This document shows positions 58,344-64,000 of a stretch of 64,000 nt of DNA, piece after piece. The stretch comes from Candidatus Kapaibacterium sp. (GTDB taxonomy: Bacteria > Bacteroidota > Ignavibacteria > Kapaibacteriales > Kapaibacteriaceae), in assembly GCA_030833725.1 (NCBI GenBank), contig JAURGP010000001.1, positions 113,870-177,869 on the forward strand. Reading direction: 5' to 3'. The position numbers and the translations under genes were made by a program. The number at the start of each line of letters is the position of its first letter. The first letter of the stretch is position 1. Below the pieces are notes generated by a model. That model had not been told where the DNA came from and did no database searches. It worked only from the letters and a program-made list of their open reading frames with translations.

Positions 58344-59379
58344 GTTCCTGATGTTGCTTGACGATGAGCTCGCCAATGAGACCAATAGAAATCAACTGCA
58401 CCCCTACGATAATCATGGCTACGCCAAACAGGGCGAGAGGTCGGTTACTCAGACTCGTTCGGCCAAGAAACCACTCGACGGCCAGCCATGCGTCCGTTAC
58501 AAATCCGGTTAGGGCAAAGAGTGTACCCACTGCGCCGAAGAAGTGAAGCGGACGCTTCACATACCGCGTGGTAAACATCACGGTAAGCAGGTCCAAGAAG
58601 CCCTTCAGGAAGCGGCTCATGCCAAACTTCGACACGCCAAACTTACGCTCATGGTGCTGAACAGGGATCTCCGTGACTTTGAAGCCTTCCCAATGCGCTA
58701 GGGCTGGAATGTAGCGATGCATCTCGCCGTACACCTGTACGGTCTTTACCACGTCGCGTCGGTATGCTTTCAGGCCACAGTTGAAATCATGCAGCTTGAT
58801 CCCGCTCATGATGGACGTTACGACGTTGAAGAGCTTCGACGGCACGGTTTTGTGCCACGGATCATGTCGCTTGCGTTTCCAGCCAGATACAAGGTCGTAA
58901 CCCTCATCCAGCTTCGTCATGAGTGCGGGAATCTCATGTGGATCGTCCTGAAGATCGGCATCCATGGTAATCACCACGTCGCCCTCCACATGAGCAAAGG
59001 CTACACCAAGAGCAGCAGACTTCCCGTAATTGCGACGGAACCGAATGGCTTTGAATCGCTGATTCTTTGCGTGGATCGCCTCGATCTCGCGGTACGACCC
59101 GTCCGTTGATCCGTCATCTATGAAGAGTACATCCCACTTGTTGGGAGCATATCGCTGCAACACATCTTCAAGTTGTCGCGCCAGTTCGGGGAGAGACTCT
59201 TCCTCGTTCAGCAATGGCACAACTACGCTAATGGATCCCTGAGAACGTGGTGAGCGTGGAGAATATCCCTGATCACGGCGTCGATCACGGTCGTTCGGCC
59301 GACGACGGCGACGACGTGATCGCTGTTGCGACGGCTGCGACGGTTGAGGATTTGATTGTTGTTCACTCATGCAGTACAC
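58309..59379 (-). CDS. polyprenol-phosphate glycosyltransferase (GT2, DPM1/GtrB/ArnC-like) with Arg-rich N-terminal extension
   Basis: 356 aa. GT2 core ISVVVPLLNEEE, DDGSTDGS and DADLQ motifs. Two C-terminal TM helices. About 45-aa N-terminal low-complexity basic tract (QQRSRRRRRRPNDRDRRRDQ). Confidence 0.8.
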   Translation of the reverse strand: MYCMSEQQSNPQPSQPSQQRSRRRRRRPNDRDRRRDQGYSPRSPRSQGSISVVVPLLNEEESLPELARQLEDVLQRYAPNKWDVLFIDDGSTDGSYREIEAIHAKNQRFKAIRFRRNYGKSAALGVAFAHVEGDVVITMDADLQDDPHEIPALMTKLDEGYDLVSGWKRKRHDPWHKTVPSKLFNVVTSIMSGIKLHDFNCGLKAYRRDVVKTVQVYGEMHRYIPALAHWEGFKVTEIPVQHHERKFGVSKFGMSRFLKGFLDLLTVMFTTRYVKRPLHFFGAVGTLFALTGFVTDAWLAVEWFLGRTSLSNRPLALFGVAMIIVGVQLISIGLIGELIVKQHQEHERYSIQERLQ

Positions 59380-59388
59380 GTGGTACGG

Positions 59389-60174
59389 TTACAAACGGAT
59401 CAAGGGAACCGACTGTACACCTGTAGGGGTGGTGACACTAATACGGTAGATTCCCGCAGGCACATCCTGGAGGTTCAGTTCCAAGGCCTGCTCTGTCGTG
59501 AAGTTGCGGTGAACGACACGACCGGTTGGGTCAATGATGCAAATTTCGGCACTTCCTCCCGATAAGCCACCCACCGTTACGCGATCAGTTGCAGGATTCG
59601 GGTACACGTTGGGCGACGGGACGTTGAATAGCTCGGATACACTCACGACTGTTCCGGACAACCACATGATCACCGTGAAACGATCGATGGCCGGATTGTT
59701 CGTGACAAGCGATGTTCCGGGTACGAGCTTTTGTGACAGGATGTTATCGGGGAACGTGGTGAAGCCGTCCACAATGTAGGCGGAATCAACACCTGCGGGC
59801 AGGAAGTTGTCCCATGCGAACGTTAGTGTTCCACCGCTCCAGTTCACGCGTAGATCGTACTCTATGCGTGTGGGAACGTTTTCTTCGTAACCCCGCACGT
59901 CTGTTGGACTCAACCAAATTGGCGGTGTGGTGGGTGCTACGGTCCACACGTAGAATACATCGCCAGGTAGCGGTAGGTCCGGAATCTCCACTTCGTTGAA
60001 TTGGGCATCCACGGAGTCAGTCGCATCGGGATCGGCTGCACACAGGAACGTAAAGCTCTGCGATGTTTCTAGTGTTAGTGTTGCCTTCAGCGGAAGTTGA
60101 ATTCGTTGCGCATGGATGACCGGTACACAAAGTGCCATAACCCACAAACAACATGTGACCAGCGCACATCTCAT
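59389..60174 (-). CDS. hypothetical secreted protein with T9SS C-terminal domain
   Basis: 261 aa. Signal peptide. CTD motifs VYPNPATDRVTV, IIDPTGRVV and LQDVPAGIYRISV. Confidence 0.55.
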   Translation of the reverse strand: MRCALVTCCLWVMALCVPVIHAQRIQLPLKATLTLETSQSFTFLCAADPDATDSVDAQFNEVEIPDLPLPGDVFYVWTVAPTTPPIWLSPTDVRGYEENVPTRIEYDLRVNWSGGTLTFAWDNFLPAGVDSAYIVDGFTTFPDNILSQKLVPGTSLVTNNPAIDRFTVIMWLSGTVVSVSELFNVPSPNVYPNPATDRVTVGGLSGGSAEICIIDPTGRVVHRNFTTEQALELNLQDVPAGIYRISVTTPTGVQSVPLIRL

Positions 60175-60250
60175 GGAGGTTCTATGATGTGTGGAATAAA
60201 AAAGGGCAGCAGTGATCCTGCTGCCCTTCGAATATGCATATCGTGCGGGA

Positions 60251-63200
60251 TTAGCGTACGATGGTTACAGGTCCCGTGACAACGTTGTTGTTGTTCGTGA
60301 CCTTCACGATGTAGCGTCCAGCTGGATACTGAGCAGCGTTGATATCGAAGCTGTATACACCAGCATTCTTCGACTCGTCAACGAGTGTGGCGATGCGCTC
60401 GCCAACGACGTTGAACAGCTCAACAACTACACGGCCGGTGGCTGGTACTGTAACGTTAACCATACCTTCTGCCGAAGCAGGGTTTGGTGTAACGTTAACA
60501 GCCAGGGCACCAAGGTTGGTGTCTTCACCCAGCAGGCGGATAGCCGATGCGTTAGGTACTACAATCGTGTTGTTCGTACCAGCAACAACTGAACCGAGCA
60601 CTTCACCCGTGATAGCGTTTACTACCGTGTAGTTACGCTCGGCGTTGTTCATCGTTACTGTTACTGGGAACGTAGCACCTTGCAAACGGATCATTGGGTT
60701 CACAGCATCTTCCACGTAAGAGTGGTTGCTGAAGCGAACGTCGAACATGTTGCTTGGTGGTACTGGTGGAAGTTGGAACATGTCCATCACCTCAACAGTA
60801 CCGTTCTCAGCTACATACAAGTCGTTGGTGCGGTTAGCTGCGTCAGCAACCGTTACAACCGTAGCGTTCGAGCGTACTGATTCGCGGGCTGCACCGAAGT
60901 TGATACCAGCCTTGGTGCGACCATTCGTCATACGCAGGTAGGCTTGACCCGAGATCTTCATCCAGTAACCAAGACCTGGTTGGATCTCAGAGACTGCCTG
61001 ATAACCGCGATCTGTTACGTAGCGATAGATGTCAGCCGTGATCTCAGGGAATGCACCCGAACCATAAGGAACGAGGGTAACATTCTCGATGGATGTTGGC
61101 GTGCTGAGCGAACCGATCGTATTCCAACCTTCATACATACGTACTGGGAAGGTTTGCTCGTCGATGCGCGTAACACGGGCACCAGCGATACGAGTGTCAA
61201 CTTCATCCGAGTACTTCACGAAGTAGCCAACACCAACTTGCAGATCTGGGTCGTTGGTTTGGTAGCTGTTTTGAGCGAAGCGGATTGGAATGTTCAACGA
61301 GTTCTTGAAGACGCTCTTCCAGTTCGTCGAAGCAGGGTTTACTGGCATCGACAACAGGTTCCAGCCCTTGTTGATCACTGGGAACTGAGCAACCTTTGGA
61401 AGCGTGTATTCAATCACGAAGGCGTCGATATCGGCGTCGGTGATTGTGTACGAGTAACGTGAGCCACCAATGTTCGTGGCATTACGCATGTTCACGTTGA
61501 ACAGCGATCCACCGGCTGTGTCACGGAGGAAGAGCTCCGAGGCTGGCGAAAACTCACTCGTGTTCCATGTGATCACGATTGGATAGTCTTCAGCAGCTGG
61601 TGTTTTCACACGGCAGTAGTACAGAAGAGTCGTGTCTGCATAGATGTCGCGGATGTCACGCGATTCATTACGAGCACGTGTACTTGTTGGTGTCCAAAGA
61701 TCACCAAGACCGTTTGTGTAAATGGTTGCACCGCTCTCGTTGCGTGGGAACCAACGTGCGCTGAAGCCCGACTGAGCCGTTGTGTAGACCGTTTCACCAA
61801 ACAGCGTATCAACTTCGTTAGTAGCACGGTGTCCAACACCGAATACGATGTTCGTGCTCTGTACTGGCTGCGCAGAGTTGCGGATGTTCAACAGGATACC
61901 AGCGCCACGGCGGCCGTCTGGATCTTCTTCCCAGTTTCCAGCCTCGTCGAAGACGTTTGGCTCGAATGGATTACGGAAGTAGATAAACGTCACCTTGATG
62001 CGTACTGGCTGGTGAGCCAGAGTGGTCGACTTGAATGTGAGGTATCCAACGTGGATACCAGCAATCTCGTTACCGGAGCCTTGATCGAGTTCGTTTGGAT
62101 CACAGATGATGCGCATGTTCAAGTCACGCATACCAACGGTGTTCGAACCGTCTGGTGTTACACCCAGCGTTGTACCAAGGATACCCTTGTCCAGCATGGC
62201 TACGTAGCCTTCACGAACAGGTTGTGGGAATGGGTTGATCTCACCATTGCCACCCTTCAGGAACGACTTGAACTTCAACCAACGTGAGTCTGACTGCACC
62301 GTGATATCGGTTGCGCGTGAACCCGTAACAGCGTTGATCACGTCGATGTCGCGTGTACCCATGCCGTTGACGTTGTCGTCGTAGTTGGAGCCAACGTCGA
62401 TCGTGATTGGGTTTACTACGTACCATTCGGTGCCGTTCGAGCCTGCAACAGAGTCAACCTCACGGAAGCGCGGGTCAGCAACGTTTGTGAAGGACAGTTG
62501 TGGGATAAGGTCAGTTACTTCCACCCACAGCATGCCTGGCTTCGATGGACGAAGAGGATCGCGAATTTCTTCCAACAGGGTCTGCTGGTTGATGAAGAAG
62601 TTATCGACGCCACCAAGACCCGTGAAGATCGAAGGAATTGGATCATCTGGGAAGGCGCGCTCAAATCCCATCTGGAAGTCGTTGTAGAACAACGTGTCAT
62701 TCGTGATGATCAATGGCGTACGACCGCTCACTGGGAAGCGAACTGGGTCGGCTACAACCTTGAAGCGCAGGTACACGAGTTCAACGAACGGACGCTGATC
62801 ACATGGCGAGTTGATGTCGCCTGTTTGTGGCAGCGCTTTCGAGGAGATACCCGTGATCATCACGCGCTTACCGCGACGACGGTTTTCACGGTCTGCACCG
62901 ATAATGGTTTGGTACGTGGTGTCGCGATCAACGTCCGTGCTGAATTCGAAGTCTTCAGCAAGACAGCCGATCGGCATGTTCTGCGTTCCACGACGTGGAC
63001 CATTCTTCTCTACGCCAATAAACTCAAGGGCGGTGCTGTCGAACTGCACCTTGAATTTGAAGCTATAGATCGGGAATGCTTCGAACGTGGATGTCGTGCG
63101 CCAGCAGTTCTTGATGAACACTGGTACGAGCATCGTACGCTCGGAGTTAACTGTCTGACGTTGTGGCACCCAAATGCGCCCGTCAGGATAATATGAGGCA

Positions 63201-63355
63201 TTCCAGCCTGATTGCGAACCAGTCAGTGACAGGGTAGGCAGCTCGGGACGGTTTTGAGCAACCGTCTCTTGCGTGCTTACACCGATCAGCGCTGCGAGAA
63301 GGAGAACCATTCCTAGAATGGCGCTTCCTCCCTTGAGTGCGAATCGACGATTCAT
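60251..63355 (-). CDS. large (1034 aa) T9SS cargo protein of unknown function
   Basis: Signal peptide (GSAILGMVLLLAALIGVSTQETVAQ). C-terminal T9SS CTD (VTPNPASAEGMVNVTV..VELFNVVGERIATL..AGRYIVKVT). No catalytic motif recognised. Confidence 0.6.
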   Translation of the reverse strand: MNRRFALKGGSAILGMVLLLAALIGVSTQETVAQNRPELPTLSLTGSQSGWNASYYPDGRIWVPQRQTVNSERTMLVPVFIKNCWRTTSTFEAFPIYSFKFKVQFDSTALEFIGVEKNGPRRGTQNMPIGCLAEDFEFSTDVDRDTTYQTIIGADRENRRRGKRVMITGISSKALPQTGDINSPCDQRPFVELVYLRFKVVADPVRFPVSGRTPLIITNDTLFYNDFQMGFERAFPDDPIPSIFTGLGGVDNFFINQQTLLEEIRDPLRPSKPGMLWVEVTDLIPQLSFTNVADPRFREVDSVAGSNGTEWYVVNPITIDVGSNYDDNVNGMGTRDIDVINAVTGSRATDITVQSDSRWLKFKSFLKGGNGEINPFPQPVREGYVAMLDKGILGTTLGVTPDGSNTVGMRDLNMRIICDPNELDQGSGNEIAGIHVGYLTFKSTTLAHQPVRIKVTFIYFRNPFEPNVFDEAGNWEEDPDGRRGAGILLNIRNSAQPVQSTNIVFGVGHRATNEVDTLFGETVYTTAQSGFSARWFPRNESGATIYTNGLGDLWTPTSTRARNESRDIRDIYADTTLLYYCRVKTPAAEDYPIVITWNTSEFSPASELFLRDTAGGSLFNVNMRNATNIGGSRYSYTITDADIDAFVIEYTLPKVAQFPVINKGWNLLSMPVNPASTNWKSVFKNSLNIPIRFAQNSYQTNDPDLQVGVGYFVKYSDEVDTRIAGARVTRIDEQTFPVRMYEGWNTIGSLSTPTSIENVTLVPYGSGAFPEITADIYRYVTDRGYQAVSEIQPGLGYWMKISGQAYLRMTNGRTKAGINFGAARESVRSNATVVTVADAANRTNDLYVAENGTVEVMDMFQLPPVPPSNMFDVRFSNHSYVEDAVNPMIRLQGATFPVTVTMNNAERNYTVVNAITGEVLGSVVAGTNNTIVVPNASAIRLLGEDTNLGALAVNVTPNPASAEGMVNVTVPATGRVVVELFNVVGERIATLVDESKNAGVYSFDINAAQYPAGRYIVKVTNNNNVVTGPVTIVR

Positions 63356-63387
63356 ACCAACTCCTCTGATGAGATGATCATGTGATT

Positions 63388-63960
63388 TTACTTAGTGATT
63401 TTCTTCGTAGCTCGAATGTGTGGTCCACGTGCCTGGATGATATACATGCCTGTGGACCAGGACTCCAACGGAAGTATCATGTTTTCGTAGGGGGCTAGTG
63501 TACCGTGGTACACCGTGTTTCCTTCTACGGTGCTAAGAGATATTTCCAGTGGTTTCCCATGAAGACTCTGGATGTTCAGTTCGTTATCGATAACGAAACT
63601 GTTCATTACAGCTCCTTCGTGGAGAACCTTGTCGGTTTCTTGGGTTGATTCAACGGACGTGGCAATGCCGGATCCCTGAATCACCATGCTGTCTTGTTTA
63701 CCTGGTTTAACACACCCACAAGAATCGTCGAGTGAGGTTGTGACTCTTAGGGTTGCTTCTACCGTGTCGATCCGTATTCGACGTAAGACCACGTTGAAAC
63801 GATAGGTGGAGTCCGTATTTGCCCTTCGTGTGATCTCTGCAGATGTACGAGTGAGATCAATGTTCACTTCAAGTGCGTCAGGTGCTTCAACCGTGTCGAT
63901 CGTGATTGAACTCTTGTCATCGTTCACAGTGATGTATTCCTTCAACTGCAAACCCGTCAA
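63388..63960 (-). CDS. secreted protein with T9SS-like C-terminal domain (N-terminus may continue beyond window)
   Basis: 190-aa ORF. C-terminal LNIQSLHGKPLEISL...GMYIIQARGPHIRATKKITK is CTD-like. The ORF reaches within 40 bp of the window end. Confidence 0.45.
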   Translation of the reverse strand: MTGLQLKEYITVNDDKSSITIDTVEAPDALEVNIDLTRTSAEITRRANTDSTYRFNVVLRRIRIDTVEATLRVTTSLDDSCGCVKPGKQDSMVIQGSGIATSVESTQETDKVLHEGAVMNSFVIDNELNIQSLHGKPLEISLSTVEGNTVYHGTLAPYENMILPLESWSTGMYIIQARGPHIRATKKITK

Positions 63961-64000
63961 CTTCTCTTGCCTCGATTCAATGCCGATAACGCTAGTACTG

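Overview
A 64 kb, high-GC chromosomal segment (roughly 55-60% GC by eye) from what looks like a Bacteroidota-type organism. The lineage guess rests on many type IX secretion (T9SS) C-terminal sorting domains, a FISUMP-domain lipoprotein and a histone H1-like small protein; Rhodothermaeota-like is a speculative guess at the group. Coding density is high and mostly ordinary.

Core and housekeeping genes: metG, guaA, rlmN, cdd, a mutY-like glycosylase, and an ftsL-ftsI pair that sits outside a normal dcw (division and cell wall) cluster. There is also a TPR/HisKA_3 sensor kinase with a LuxR-type response regulator, and an ECF sigma factor with a putative anti-sigma.

Secreted proteins and envelope: at least seven proteins carry a T9SS C-terminal domain. 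These include a 1266-aa PNGase F-like/LamG protein, a metzincin protease with tandem Ig-like repeats, a glycine-rich protein and a 1034-aa cargo protein. A glycosyltransferase-rich envelope locus (GT4, GT2 x2, GT9, methyltransferase) sits between them.

Other clusters: an alpha-oxoamine synthase with the serine-palmitoyltransferase-like GTFSKS motif lies next to an SDR reductase. A lycopene cyclase plus Brp/Blh-like pair lies at 26-28 kb.

The most distinctive non-genic signal is a family of at least six copies of a ~30-50 bp GC-rich palindromic element (core GACGCCGGGAAAAGGTTTTCCCGGCGTC). All copies lie between 22.6 and 36.1 kb, all in intergenic positions (some abutting stop/start codons), and none is seen elsewhere in the window. 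The same interval contains a conspicuously low-GC 8-TM gene, several small orphan genes and a tRNA-Phe, which suggests an accessory or island-like region. Unlisted short genes were also recovered, including a 57-aa histone H1-like protein and the tRNA-Phe(GAA). No CRISPR array, transposase or integrase was recognised.
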